Origin: Somniosus microcephalus
Taxonomy: Eukaryota
Assembly: GCA_052327205.1 (NCBI GenBank)
Contig: JBMRGM010000038.1
Coordinates: 35,650,001 to 35,714,000 of the forward strand
DNA: 64,000 bases
Direction of reading: 5' to 3'
The position numbers were made by a program, and so were the translations under genes. The notes below the pieces were generated by a model. That model saw nothing but the letters and a program-made list of their open reading frames with translations. It searched no databases and was not told the origin of the DNA. Below are positions 33,565 through 46,707 of the stretch, in pieces (position 1 is the stretch's first letter; each line of letters opens with the position of its first letter).

Positions 33565-36408
33565 ATGGGGGATTTTGTAGTGAGGGGTTTGCTCCCAGTG
33601 CTGGTGTTAGTTGGAGCTGTTTGTTCCTCTGATATTTGGCAACAGTTTGGGGGCCAGAGGTTTCCATGGAGAAGAGTAAAAGCCACCCCTGGGCCTCAGC
33701 GAGTCCCTTCTCCTGGGTCTCCCTTTGGCTCCGGTTTCAGTGTGTCTGAGGGGCGCAGTGTGTCTCCACTGCAGACTGTGAGGGTGCAGTGTGGAGAGCA
33801 CAACCTGCTGGTCAGGGTACAGATGGATTTATTTGGAACCAGGCACCTGATTAAAGCTGCTGACCTGACCCTGGGGACGGCAGGTTGTCCGTCAACTGGG
33901 ATCTACTCTCAGAACCACACTGTCCTCTTTGACTATGGGCTGCATGAGTGTGGCAGCAGAGTGAAGGTAATGTGATTCCTCAACTCTTGCTCTAAGCTTG
34001 GTGTCTGGAATAGACCCAACTTGTTTTTCCTACCCTGATTCCTGTCTCCTGCTTTTAAAACCTCCAGACTTGTGTTGAATTATGTATTGTCCTTTGCTTT
34101 AACTGGTTTTCCTGAGTGTCTCCAACTTTGATCTCGGCCTTATTGGCCTTGATCCTTCACTTAGTTCTTAACTTTTCCTTCCTTACATCCTGTCTTGTGG
34201 ATTTTCAGGTCACTGGGGGTTTAGTTATCTACAATATTGAGTTTTTTTTCTTCCACTCCTTTGTATCAGAATACAGGGGAGTCTGGCTTAAATGAGGCTT
34301 TAATCTTGTTCTATTCATTGCTCTAAATTATCAACCTGTGGCTCCTTTTATTGAAGTGAAGCTGTCCTTTCATTGAATCTTTATTCTGTTTAATTGTCTT
34401 GTGCTTGCAATCCCCCTCCTTGCTTTAGCTGCTGAGGCTGCACAACTTCCAACCACCTGAGTAGAATGTTGTCCATTTCTGAACCTGATGTCTTTCAGAT
34501 GTCTGGAGATTTCCTGGTCTACGCCACCCACCTGAACCACACCCCCAAGGCCCATGGATCTGTCATTGTGAGAACTAATGGAGCTGTCGTTCCCATTGAG
34601 TGCCACTATTTTAGGTAAGATTCTTTACACTGTCGCAAATAACGTCTACAGCTGGTGTAGTTCTCTGACCTTGTCCTAAAATGGCTCCGTTGTCTTTCCA
34701 GGAAGGGCAATGTGAGCAGTAACCCGATCAAGCCCACCTGGATCCCGTTCAGCTCCACCAAGTCTGCAGAGGGGCTTCTGTCATTCTCTCTGCGCCTAAT
34801 GAACGGTATGTGATGGGTGGATGTGGAATGATTTCCTGTAGTCACCCATTGGCAGTTGTACCCAGTCTCCAACCCTTGTCCCTCTTGTACTTCAGATGAC
34901 TGGCTCACAGAGCGCACCTCGACTGTCTACTACCTGGGTGACCTCATTCACATTGAGGCCTCTGTTTCAATGACCAACCACATGCCCCTGAAGCTCTACA
35001 TTGATCGCTGTGTCGCTACGTTGAGCCCAGACGAGGACTCCGCCCCGAGATACAGCATCATTGACTACAATGGGTAAGGAGCACTCTGCTTTCTCCAGCT
35101 GATCCTGTCTCAATGGCTTCGCTTGATTCACTCCATGTCCCTTTCTTAAAATTATTTCTTCAGTTGCCTCCTGGACAGCAAAGCTGAGGACTCCTTCTCA
35201 ACCTTCGTGTTGCCAAGAGACGAGCGTGAGCTGGACAAGCTCCACTTTGACTTGGATGCCTTCCGCTTCTTTGGCGATGATCGTTCCTTGGTAAGAGGAA
35301 GCCGACCGCTGCAAAGTATTTACAGCCAATCTGCATAACTGGGTTGTGCTCCACATGAGTGTCCTCCCACTCCTCTTCATCTAACTCTTCAACATATCCT
35401 TCTATTCCTTTCTCCCACCTGTGTTTATCTAGCTTCCCCTTAAATGAATCTACACTATTCGCCTCAACCACTCCCTGTGGTAGCGAGTTCCACATTCTCC
35501 CCACTCTCTGGGTAAAGAAGTTTCTCCTGAAATCCCTCTGCTGTATATCCTGTGATCCTATGAATCACTAACATTAACCACTTTTCTCTGTTTCTAGCCA
35601 GCTTGCTATCCATTCTGCTACTTGTCCCCTGAATCCACCTGTTCATTGAGTTCCCAAGTTGGGAGGGAGTCACTATATAATGACTTGTGTTGACTGTGTC
35701 CCTCAGATTTTCATCTCCTGTCACCTGAAGGTTGCTGCAGTGGATCGGAGAGATTCCATGAGCAAAGCTTGTACTTTCCAGAAGATGCAGAATGTGTAAG
35801 TGCCCCCTCTCCCTCAGGGATGTGTTGTGTGGGGAAGTGATGCCCAACCTGATTGTGAAACTGATTCTCTTGTTTAGCTGGGCTCCATTGGAAGTATCCA
35901 ACAATGACGTTTGTGCCTGTTGTCACTTGGGCAACTGCAGTGCCACAAGGGAGTTTGGATTTGATTCCAGAGGAAGGAGGGATCTTGTACCTGAAGCTGG
36001 TAGGACATTGATTCTCTAGATGTTGGAGGTTGCCCTTTACCCTCTCTAACTGGAATGTTTGATATTGCAGGGAGTGATGCTGAATTGAAGTGGGAGGGTG
36101 AGGCCTCCCTTGGACCCCTGGTCATTCTGGACACTGATGTGACAGACCTGGCAACCGAGTCCCTTAATGAGGTTGAGCAACGGATGGCGGAGAGGTCTCC
36201 AGGTGGTGAGTTGGCCGACTGCTAGTTTCCATTTCCCCCTCAGTATTCCCTTCACTCACTGTTGGTTTCTCATTGCTGTTTAGGTGCGGAGTCTGAGGTG
36301 GTCCTGATGGTGGCCCTGACTGTGACTGCTGTCTCTCTGATCTCTGCTTCGTTGATCGCCTTGTTCCTGTACAGGAAACGCAAGCAAACCCTGCGCAACA
36401 ACTTGTGA
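33565..36408 (+). CDS. zp3: ZP3 copy B, 9 exons, 465 aa, intact
   Basis: Exons 33565-33966, 34499-34614, 34702-34805, 34896-35073, 35164-35290, 35707-35795, 35878-35999, 36071-36205, 36284-36408; same lengths and phases as copy A. Confidence 0.95.
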
Positions 36409-38764
36409 TTAATAAAGTGGTGACATTAGCAAATCTGTCATGGTTATTGCTTGCATTTGGTCATTGATCACGGCTGGGGATTTGCATTCTGAATATGGGA
36501 AGTTTTCCATATTTATTTACTTCCATTAATGATTCTCGACCCAGTGGCATGCCTGCTGAGTGTATTTAAGCTTTTCACCAGATATCGGGCTACTGGGGTA
36601 TGTGCCCCATTTCACTAGTTTATTAACAGCAACTTGGAAGTGTTTGCCTGGAGCGAGTTATCTTGGCCTGCTGTTTGTCCCTTGTTAAGGAGGTTTGTGG
36701 GGCTCTTGTGGCGTGAGGTTAGTGGGACTGATTATTGAACCCCATGAAATTGCAACGTTCCTGGAAATTTTAATGCTGGGATTAGTTTATTACTAGAAGT
36801 GGAGGTTCTTTAGTCCTCTATAACTGACTGGGATAATAAGTCTACATGGGGTAGATGTCCATATTATAAAAATGATAGCGGCACTAGCGAGGGTGCAAAA
36901 AACATTTACTAGGATGATGCCAGAACTGAGATTTGGCTTATTAGGAAAGATTGACCTGTTTGGGTTGCCTTCTCTAGGAAAGAGAAGGCTGAGGGTGTTT
37001 AAAATTATGACTGGGTTAGATGGGTTAGATATCGATGTTTCCACTTGTGGGCAAGACCAGAACTCAGGGCCTGTAACTACAAGGTAGTAACTAACTAATG
37101 ACTCCAATGGTGAATGCAGGAGAAACTTCTTTACCCAGAGAGTGGTGAGAATGTGGATCTCGCTATCACGGAGTGGTTGAGGCGAATGGTGTAGCTGCAT
37201 TTAAGGGGGAGCTCTAAGCATGAGGGAGGAAGGATATGCTGTTTGGGTGGGAGGAGGCTCGTGTGGAGCATAGACTAGTTGGACTGAATAGCCTGTTTCT
37301 GTGCTGTCGATGGCTTGTTAACCTGCAGGATTAGTCACCTGAGGAATTGCATCTCTGAAGGCCCCTTAAATGGCTTTCGGTCTTGGCCGTGGCTCAGTGG
37401 ACAGCGCTCTAGCCTGAGTCGGAAGGTCGTAGGTTCAAATCCCACTATAGAAAGCTTGAGTACAAAAGCCAGGCTGACACTCCCAGTGCTGCACTGTCGG
37501 AGGTGCCATCTTTCGGATGAGAAGTTAAACCGAGGCCACTTCTGGCCCCTCGGGTGGATGTAAAAGATCCTGTGGCACTTTTTGGAAGAAGAGCAGGGGA
37601 GTTCTTCCCTCTGACCAATTGTTATCCATCAGCCAACATCATAAGATGATCTGGCCATTATCACATTGCTGTTTGTAGGCTCTTGATGGGCTGCCATGTT
37701 TCTGACAACAGTGACTACATTTCAGAAGTAATTCATTGGTTATGAAGTGCATTTTTTAATTTGTTCATGGGATGTGGGTGTCACTGCCAAGACCTGCATT
37801 TATTGCCCATGCCTAGTTAGGCTTGAAGGTGGTGGTGGTGGTGGTGGTGGTGGTGGTGGTGAGCTGCTTTCTAGTCCAGCTGCAGTTTGTGCAGTTGGGC
37901 AGGGAGTTGTAGGATTTTGACCCAGCGACTATGAAGGGACGGCGATATATTTCCAAGTCAGGATGGTGTGTGACTTGGAGGGGAACTTGGAGGTGCTGGT
38001 GTTCCCATGCGCCTGCTGCCCTTGTCCTTCTAGCTGGTAGAGGTCATGGATTTAGGAGATGCTGCCGAAGAAGCCTTGGTGAGTTGCTGCAGTGCATCTT
38101 GTCGATGGTACACACTGCAGCCACAGTGTGCCGGTGGTGGAGGGAGTGAATGTTTAAGGTGTTGGTGGGACATCCTGAACGTGGTATGGTGCTGTATAAA
38201 TAAAAGATTGTTCTTTCTAAACATCTCTGACGTGAGTGTGGGACCTACAATAAAAAATAATTATGTCTAACCAACATACTAGGTCCCCAAGTGGGATTGA
38301 GTTGCCGTACTGGATCTCCAACATCAGGTGGGGCTAGAATCTACACAAACTTAACGAGCACACTTTTGTATCTCTCGTGGCCGACCCTGGTCAGTGAATG
38401 CTGGCTGAAATCTGCAGTAGGACTGTTGTCAATACTTAACCACTTACATTTATGTCGCCCCTTCAACGTACTGAAATGTCCCAGAAGCGCTTTCAATTAA
38501 AATTTGACACCAAGCCACATAAGGAGATATTTGGGCAGATAACCAAAAGCTTGGTCAAAGAGGGAGCTATTAAGGAGCATGGAGCGCTGGAGAGGTTTAG
38601 GGAGGGAATTCCAGAGCTTGGGGCCCAGGCAGCTGAAGACAAGGCCGCCAACGGTGGAGCGATTGAAATCTGGGATCCTCCAGAGGGCAGAATTGGAGAA
38701 GTGCAGATATCTCGGAGACGGGGGTGTTGTAGGGCTGGAGGCCTCAGGATGTCCCAAAGCGCTT

Positions 38765-39140
38765 TACTTTTGAAATGGAGTCACTGTCGTAATGTGGGAA
38801 ACGCAGCAGCCAATTTGCAAGCTTCCAAAAACAGCAATGTGAAAATGACCAGATAATCTGTATTTAGTGATGTTGATTGAGGGATAAATATTGTCCCCAG
38901 GACACTGGGGAGAACTCCTCCTGCTCTTCTTCCAATAGCAGCCGTAGGATCTTTTACATTCACCTAAGAGGGCAGATGGGACCTCGGTTTAACGTTTCAC
39001 CCAAAAGATGGCACCTCTGACAGTGCAGCACTCCCTCAGCATTGCACTGGGAGTGTCAGCCTGGATTATGGGCTCAAGTCTCTGGAGTGGGACTTGAACC
39101 CTCGACCTTCTGACTCCGAGGCAAGTGTGCTACCGGCTGA
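38765..39140 (-). mobile_element. SacSINE1/DeuSINE-like SINE, minus strand (homologue ~51880-52295)
   Basis: Reverse complement of the SINE core and B box (GGGACTTGAACC). Confidence 0.75.
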
Positions 39141-39709
39141 CACCTTTAAGATGATCTACTGTTGGGGCAGGTTTCAGGTTAACATCTGCAATTATATGGT
39201 TCCTTACCACGTTAAAATGCCTCACAACACTTCAGGCAGTGAATTACATTTGAAGATCAGAGACTCTTCTGCCTGCGATGGGGGTAGAAACTTTTGAGCA
39301 CGTGCGGTGGGAGCGGTTTTCTGTCGGACCGCCAATCAGATGAGTTTGTTGGCTCAGGTGTCTCTGAACCCCCGAGGTTCGCAGCGCAGCGGGAGGCCGT
39401 TCAGCCCATCTATTCAGTGCCAGCTCTCTCTCTCCGATGCAGCAATCCAAACCTGCCTCTCCGAGACTTCCAGTGCAGGGGTCGTAGTCATGTCCTCGAC
39501 TCAGCGGCTGAGCGTTCCGGCTCACGATGGTCAGGCAGTTCCCACTTCAGCCCTGTCTTTTTTGTTGGCATTTCATCACAAAGACTGCGCAAAAAGTGTC
39601 AGGCAGATTGCTGGGAGGACTGTGCCAAGGCCCCATTGCCATGGGAACAAGCTGGCTTGGTTAGGCAGTGTAGGCCACACCTGTCCAAAATGGTAAATCA
39701 GCCGTCACT

Positions 39710-40305
39710 GTCCAAAACTAATCCCACTGATCTACTCTCTTCCCATAGCCCTGTATAAATGCCAAACTAACCCCACTGCCCCGCTCTCTCTCCATAGCCC
39801 TGTATCAATCCCAAACTAATCCCACTGGCCCGCTCTACCCGAATAGCCCTGTATCAATCTCCAAACTAATCCCACTGCCCCGCTCTCTCCCCATAGCCCT
39901 GTATCAATCCCAAACTAATCCCACTGCCCCGCTCTCTCTCCACAGCCCTGTATCAATCCCAAACTAATTCCACTGCCCCACTCTCTCCCCATAGCCCTGT
40001 ATCAATCCCAAACTAATTCCACTGCCCCACTCTCTCCCCAAAGCCCTGGATCAGTCCCAAACTAATCCCACTGCCCCGCTCTCTCCCCATAGCCCTGTAT
40101 CAATCCCAAACTAACCCCACTGCCCCGCTCTCTCCCCATAGCCCTGTATCAATCCAAAACTAATCCCACTACCCCGCTCTCTCCATAACCCTGTATCGAT
40201 CCCAAACTAATCCCACTGCCCCGCTCTCTCCCCATAGCCCTGTATCAATCCTAAACTAATCCCACTGCCCTGCTCTCTCCATAACCCTGTATCGATCCCA
40301 AACTC
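39710..40305. repeat. 49-bp minisatellite (ATCAATCCCAAACTAATCCCACTGCCCCGCTCTCTCCCCATAGCCCTGT)n, ~12 units
   Basis: Head-to-tail repeats read directly. Confidence 0.95.
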
Positions 40306-41188
40306 ACCCTTGCATCTGACTTAGACGGTTGTGGATTTAAGTCCCACTCCAGAGACTCGAGCATAATAATCTAGGCTGACACCCCAGGGCAGGACTGAGG
40401 GAGTGCTGCACTGTCGGAGGTGCCGTCCTTCGGCTGCAATGCTAAACTGAGGCCCCGTCTTCCCTCTCAGATGGACGTAATAGATCCCATGGCCACTATT
40501 TCGTAGAAGAGCAGGGGAGTTATCTCCAGGTGTCCTGGCAAATATTTATCCCTCAATCAACATCACTAAAAACAGATGATCTGGTCATTATCCCGTTGCT
40601 GTTTGTGGGAGCTTGCTGTGCGCAAATTGCTGCTTTCTTTCCGACATTACAATAGTGACTGCGCTCCAAAAAGTACCTCATTGGCTGTAAAGCGCTTTGG
40701 GATGTCCTGAGGTTGTGAAAGGCGCTATATAAATACAAGTCTTTATTTTTTTCTTTTACAGGCGACTTTGGGCCGATGGTTCCCAAAGCTCTCCACCCAA
40801 TGGGGGCACTTTGGTTTGGTTTTTGGTTGATGACATCGCCCAGTGTCTTCCTATTGATGGTTTTGGAGAAGGTCAACCCAATCTCTGCCTCTTTCTTTAT
40901 CATAGGCAACGGCCTATTAAAAGTCAACCACGTGCTCCCTTTTTAAAGGGTCGCAAACGATAAGGTCTGTAAATTAACATAAATTTGAAAGGAACCTTAA
41001 CAAATCAAATTAAAATTTGGTTGCCGGGGGTGGTGATGCACTCCATTCTCCGCGGCGCCCATCGGTCGCGGAAGGCCTCAAGCCTGCCAGTGGATACCGC
41101 GTACTCCATATCCAGGGCCACCCGGGCGCGAACGTGGCCGCGGAAGAGAGGCAGGCAATCGGGCAGCTCTTTCCCACCCTCTTTCCAG

Positions 41189-42098
41189 TTGCCTGTTGAC
41201 ACAGCCGAGGCGAAAACTCCCTTTCGTCTTCTGTGTCGCCGCGAGATCACCGGGACAAGCTCTGGTTCAACCTGGATGCGTTCCGCTTCTTTGAGGATGC
41301 CAGGGACCTGGTAAGAGTTGGCCAGATGTTGGAAGGTAAGACGGTGAGCGTTGACGCTGAGTAACTCCTGGATGTGTCTCCTGCAGATCTTCATCAGTTG
41401 CCACCTGAGAGTAGCTGCAGCAGATCAAAGGCCGGATTCGGTCAACAAAGCCTGTTCCTTCCACAAGCCAGCCAACCGGTGAGAGGAATCTACCCCCGAA
41501 TGGTGGACCTCTTTCTTTTTGGCGTATGGATGCATTCTGACTGATGGCTTGCTTCCTTGTTTAGATGGTCCCTGGTGAACGAGTTGGGCCTGTCCCTGGT
41601 GGAAGGATCCAATGAGGTTTGTGCCTGTTGTGATGGGGGCAACTGCAGGGGCGAGAGATTGCGATCTGGAGGAAGACCACACTCCAGGTGCAGGAGGGAG
41701 GTCCCATCTGAGCTTGGAATGTTGTGTTGGGTGTTGAGGGTGAAGAAGGATGTTTTGTAACTGGATGGAACTAATTGTTGCAGAGTCTGAGCCTGTGTGG
41801 GAGAGTGAGGCCTCACTTGGACCTCTGATCGTTCTGGATGTAGATCTGGACCTGGTTCATTCGGTGGATAGTGAAGCTGTTGGGACTCGTGAGGATGTTC
41901 CGAGTTCTTATCGAGGTGAGTGTTGATTGTATGAAAACCCAATTCCAGTCCTGTGACTCCTGACTCCATATTGGCTTCTCGTTCTCGGCAGGTGATGTGT
42001 GTTCTGAGCTACTTCTGGTCGTTGCTGTGACGTTGGCAGCTGGGGTCCTGATCTCCGCCTCTCTGGTGGCCTTCCTACTGTCCAGGAAACACAACTGA
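41189..42098 (+). pseudogene. 5'-truncated ZP3-paralog pseudogene (exons 5-9), copy 2
   Basis: As 28109-28980 but retains the exon 6 end and donor (41464-41500); shares the exon 5 frameshift and the GA donor. Confidence 0.85.
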
Positions 42099-43714
42099 AT
42101 CCTCTCCCTCAATTGAGCTGCTTTATTTGTCAAAAAATGCTTCAATAAAATTGAAATGTGACTTGGTTGAGTTACAGTCTTTGGTGTTGAACTGGTTTTT
42201 AAATACACTGTCATGGTGGTTTGACCTAAGTTGTCTAAATGACACTGGACCAGTTTTGAAGGCCTATATTTAACTGAGAATTTCACCACACACCGCTCAG
42301 TTTTGGGTAGTTGAAAGTAGGCATTTGCACCTGGAATAAGATTGTGGCCTTAATAGGATGGCAACTGGAATCATACAGCACAGAAAGAGGCCATTCGGCC
42401 CATCGTGCCTGTGCTAGCTTTTTGAAAGAGCTCTCCAATTAGTCCCACTCCCCCCGGCTCTTCCCCATATTCCTGCCATTTTCACCTCTTTGTATTTATC
42501 CAATTCCCATTTTTGAAAGAGACTATTGAATCTGCTTCCACCGCCCTTTCAGGCAGCGTGTTCCAGATCACAACAACTTCTTTATATTAGAAGTCTCCTC
42601 ACCTCTGGCTCTCTTGTCAATGACGTTATTTACTAACCCGTCTGCCAGTGGAAACCGTTTCTCCTTATTTACTTTAATCAAAACCCTTACCATTTTGAAC
42701 CCCTCCCTTGACCTTCTCTGCTCTAAGGAGAACAATCCCAGCTTCTCTGCAGTAATATTGTGACCTTTGTAAAGGGATGAAAGCGATGGGGAGTTTCTGC
42801 CATCTTTCTAGAGCGAGTAGATGGGGTTACAGACACCCAGCTAGGAGTCCGCTGTGAGAAGGTTCCAGTCCCACATCGGGGTCAAGAGACTAGACCAAAG
42901 CAGCATCTCCTTAATTGGCCATCTTGCTCCATGTCCACTGGCGGTAGGTGTGTCTTGGCCTCGTACTGTCACTCTGCTGGCTCTGTTCCACATTTAACAT
43001 CCCTTAAAGGTTAGTTACAATTGCCTTTTTGAATATAGTGATGTAACCTACCACCCACCATCACACATGGGTGGGTAGTGGAATCAAACAGTGCTGAGGG
43101 GATTGGTAAATGATCAATGATCTTTTTCATTGCACTCTGGCTTCTGGTGCATTTCCCCCACCCGCCCAAAATCCTTCGCCCACCCCACCTCCCATCACCC
43201 CCTGTTGGTGGCCGTGCCTTCAGACATCTAGCCCCTAAGCTCAGACATTCTCTCCCTAAATCCCTCAACCTCTCCTCCTAATACATTGCTTCAAACCTAC
43301 ATCAGTGTCCAGGCATTTACCTGTCCTAATGTCTCCTCCTTTGACTCTGTCACGTTTTTGTCTGATTTACGTGAGTTGAATGCTTTGCTTAGTTGAACAT
43401 TGGGCGGTGTAACAAGGCACCACTGCAACCAGATGGTGAGGATAAAGGGGCAGGAATATAAGATGGCCATTAACAGATCAAATTAAGAATTTAGGAGGAC
43501 ATTCTTTACACAGAATGTGGAACATGGAGTGGTTGAAGCAGATATATTTGGAGTTGAGATACAGATCGACCATGATCGAATTGAATGGCAGAACAGGCTC
43601 GAGGGCCTGAATGGACTCCTCTTGTTCATTTGTAAAGGAGGCTGGTAGCATAGATGAGGGAGAATGAAATAGAGGGCTCTGTGGGGTGGGGAGTTAGATA
43701 GAAAGCAATGCACG

Positions 43715-44800
43715 CTCTACGCTGTCCCATCAAACACTCCCAGGGCAGCAAGAGTACGGGTTAGATACAGAGTAAAGCTCCGTCTACACAGTCTCATCAA
43801 TCACTCCCAGCGCAGGTACAGCATAAGTTAGATACTGTTGTGTCCCCTTGTGTTTTTATTACTATGTAATACAGACACTTTTAACTCATTTTTGGTTTAC
43901 AGCTTTTACTCAGTGCTTTCATGATGTTGCTGCCGCATGGTGCGGAGTGATACAAGATGTCCGACCTTGCACTGTGCACTGCCTGACACAGTGTGCCACA
44001 TAGCAGTATAAATGCACTAACCAAAGTAGTTCCATATAACAATGTAACAAGTAGTTCCATTTAACAATGTGATAATATAACGATGTAACAGATACAGGTT
44101 ACAGCATGAGTTAGATACAGAGTAAAGCTCCCTCTACACTGTCCCATCAAGCACTCCCAGTGCAGCTACAGCACGGGTTAGATACAGAATAAAGCTCCCT
44201 TTACAATGTCACGTCAAAATCCCCCAGGGCAGGTACAGCACGGGTTAGATATAGAGTAACGCTCCCTCTACACTGTCACTTCAAACAGTCCCAGGACACG
44301 CACAGCATGGGTTAGATACAGAGTAAAGCTCCCTCTGCACTGTCCCATGAAACACTCCCAGGGCAGGTAGCGCACGGTTAGATACAGAGTAAAGCTCCCT
44401 CTACACTGTCCCATCAAATACTCCCAGGACAGGTACAGCACGGGTCAGATACAGAGTAAAGCTCCCTTTAAACTGTCCCATCAAACACTCCCAGGGCAGG
44501 TAGCGCACGGTTAGATACAGAGTAAAGCTCCCTCTACACTGTCCCATCAAATACTCCCAGGACAGGTACAGCACGGGTCAGATACAGAGTAAAGCTCCCT
44601 TTAAACTGTCCCATCAAACTCTCCCAAGGCAGGTACAGCACGGGTTAGACACAGAGTAAAGCTCTCTTGACAATGTCCCATCAAACACTCCCAGGGCAGG
44701 TACAGCACGGGTTAGATGGAGAGTGAAGCTCCCTCTACACTGTCGCATCAAACACTCCCAGGGCAGGTAGAGCACGGGTTAGATACACAGTAAAGCTCCC
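43715..44800. repeat. 67-bp minisatellite array with solo LTR
   Basis: Same unit as 318-826. Confidence 0.9.
43836..44090 (-). mobile_element. Solo LTR (255 bp), TSD GATAC; duplicated with the unit
   Basis: Near-identical to 30717-30971 with the same flanks. Confidence 0.8.
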
Positions 44801-46525
44801 TGTGCTCTGCGCAAACAAGGTACCAAATCCCAACCTCAGAGGATCAGAGCCTATTAACCACCTCCCTCAGATTTCATGTTCCCACAGCTCGGCCATTTGT
44901 GGATCCTCCCCTTCCTTCACTCCACCGTTGGCACCTTGGGATGTTTTTCTGCATCAAAGGTGCGATATGATGACAAGTTGGTGTTGTTGTTCCAGTGTGA
45001 CAGTCTCCATTTACCATCACACTCTTTATCAGACTGTATGAAACAGGGCAATTGCAATTAGAGTGACTTTGCCACTATTTTGGGGTTTTAATTGGATAGA
45101 CTGTTTCCCCCTCGTGATGTCCTTTTAGTTATCAGCAGGGACGGGGGAGCTTGTCCTGTTTTGCAGACTACGAGTTAGGGGCAGTGGGTGAAGCTCAGGC
45201 CCACACTGATCATCTATAAGGGGTCCTCCCCACAAGGGACAGGACACCACTAACAAGAACAAAGAGTCTGTCCGAACTAATGTCCCACAGTACATATCAA
45301 CTGATTAAGGTCCAACTTTCCGATCCGGTAAAATGAGGCAATGATCCCATCCGGATCCAGCCACTTGTAGAAGCTTCTGGAAAACCCATTGGACTCCGAG
45401 TGTTTGCGCGCCAGGCTCCCTGGAGAGGGAGCGGGCAATGCCCACCGGTACACTCGAGGCCTCCCGCAACCGATGGGCACCGCAGGGAATGGAGAGTCTT
45501 ATCGACACGAGTAACATAATTATGATTTACTTTTATGAGTTTCCTGTTGTTTTGTCGAAAGAACATTCTGTGTTTGAGTTCCTTTGTTAGTTGTGCCAAC
45601 TTAAAGAGGGAGGCCAGGTATAAATTCGTTCCTCTGTTGATGACACCGGGACAACCCATGTCATTTTATGGCTCAATTAAAGAAATCCACATTAGACATA
45701 GGAACATGGGAACAGGAGGAGGCCATTCAGCCCCTCGAGCCTGTCGCCTCATTCGATGAGATCATGGCTGATCTGGGACCTAACTCCATATACCTGTCTT
45801 TGGCCCATATCCCTTAATAACTTTGGTTATCAAAAATCTATCAATCTCAGATTTAAAATTAACAATTGACCCAGCAACAACTGCCGTTAGCGGAAGAGAG
45901 TTCCAAACCTCTCCCACCCTTTGTGTGTAGAAGTGTTTCCTAACTTCACTTCTGAAAGATCTGGCTCTAATTTTTAGGCTATGTCCCCTTGTCCTGAACT
46001 CCCAACCAGCGGAATTAGTTTGTCTCTGTGTACCCTATCGGTTCCCCTTAATATCTGGAAAACTTCAATCAAATCACCCCTTAACTTTCTAAATTCCGAG
46101 CTTCTCACCATTGGGAAAGTACGCTGATCTATCCTTTTTAGATCCAAAGTGGATGACTACTGTATTAATGGTGCCCATCAAAATGTGCCCTTGTGGGACT
46201 CTTTCAGGTGGGGGTGATTGACCAAATTGTAATAGGCCCTCCTGGCAATAAATCCATCAGTTCTGTCTTTCTTTTCCTTTTTTTATTCTTTTTTTTTCTT
46301 TTTTTTCAAGTTTTATTTAAAGTTTTATTAATTTACAGTTGATTAGTTTAATCAAAAGAGCACCCCTAATTGGTCGAATGTTTTCTTAAGTTACAGTCAA
46401 TTGCTTTAATCAAAAAGAGCAGCCAAATTTTAAATTAATTTGTTAAGGTTCCTTTAAAGTTTTATTTATAAACTAATTGGTTAATCACCCACACAAAAAA
46501 GATTACTGTAGATTTGCTTAACCAC

Positions 46526-46663
46526 CCAATCAAAAGGGTCACTCCGATTGGTTGAATTAAAATAGGCCCTCCTGGCAATAAATCCATGAGTTCTGTGATT
46601 GGGTAGAAATTGTGGAGATTGGGGTTAATTGTCTCAATGTGACTGCAGGTTGTGTGTATAAAA
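46526..46663 (+). promoter_or_regulatory. ZP3 copy C promoter (CCAAT boxes, TATAAAA 46657-46663)
   Basis: Same arrangement as copy B. Confidence 0.65.
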
Positions 46664-46707
46664 GGTGCTTGTTGGTGGGTGCAGGGATAGTTGAGTTGTT
46701 TAGTATC

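Larger units (their letters stand above)
30985..44100 (+). repeat. One complete ~13.1-kb tandem unit of the ZP3 array
   Basis: ZP3 ATGs at 33565 and 46708 are 13,143 bp apart; intervening SINE/LINE/minisatellite/pseudogene features recur in the same order. Confidence 0.9.

Noticed and set aside
39294-39758. Overlapping 129-158-aa ORFs repeated at 55515-55991
   Set aside because: Non-ATG starts, no recognisable domain or exon structure; recurrence reflects the segmental repeat.
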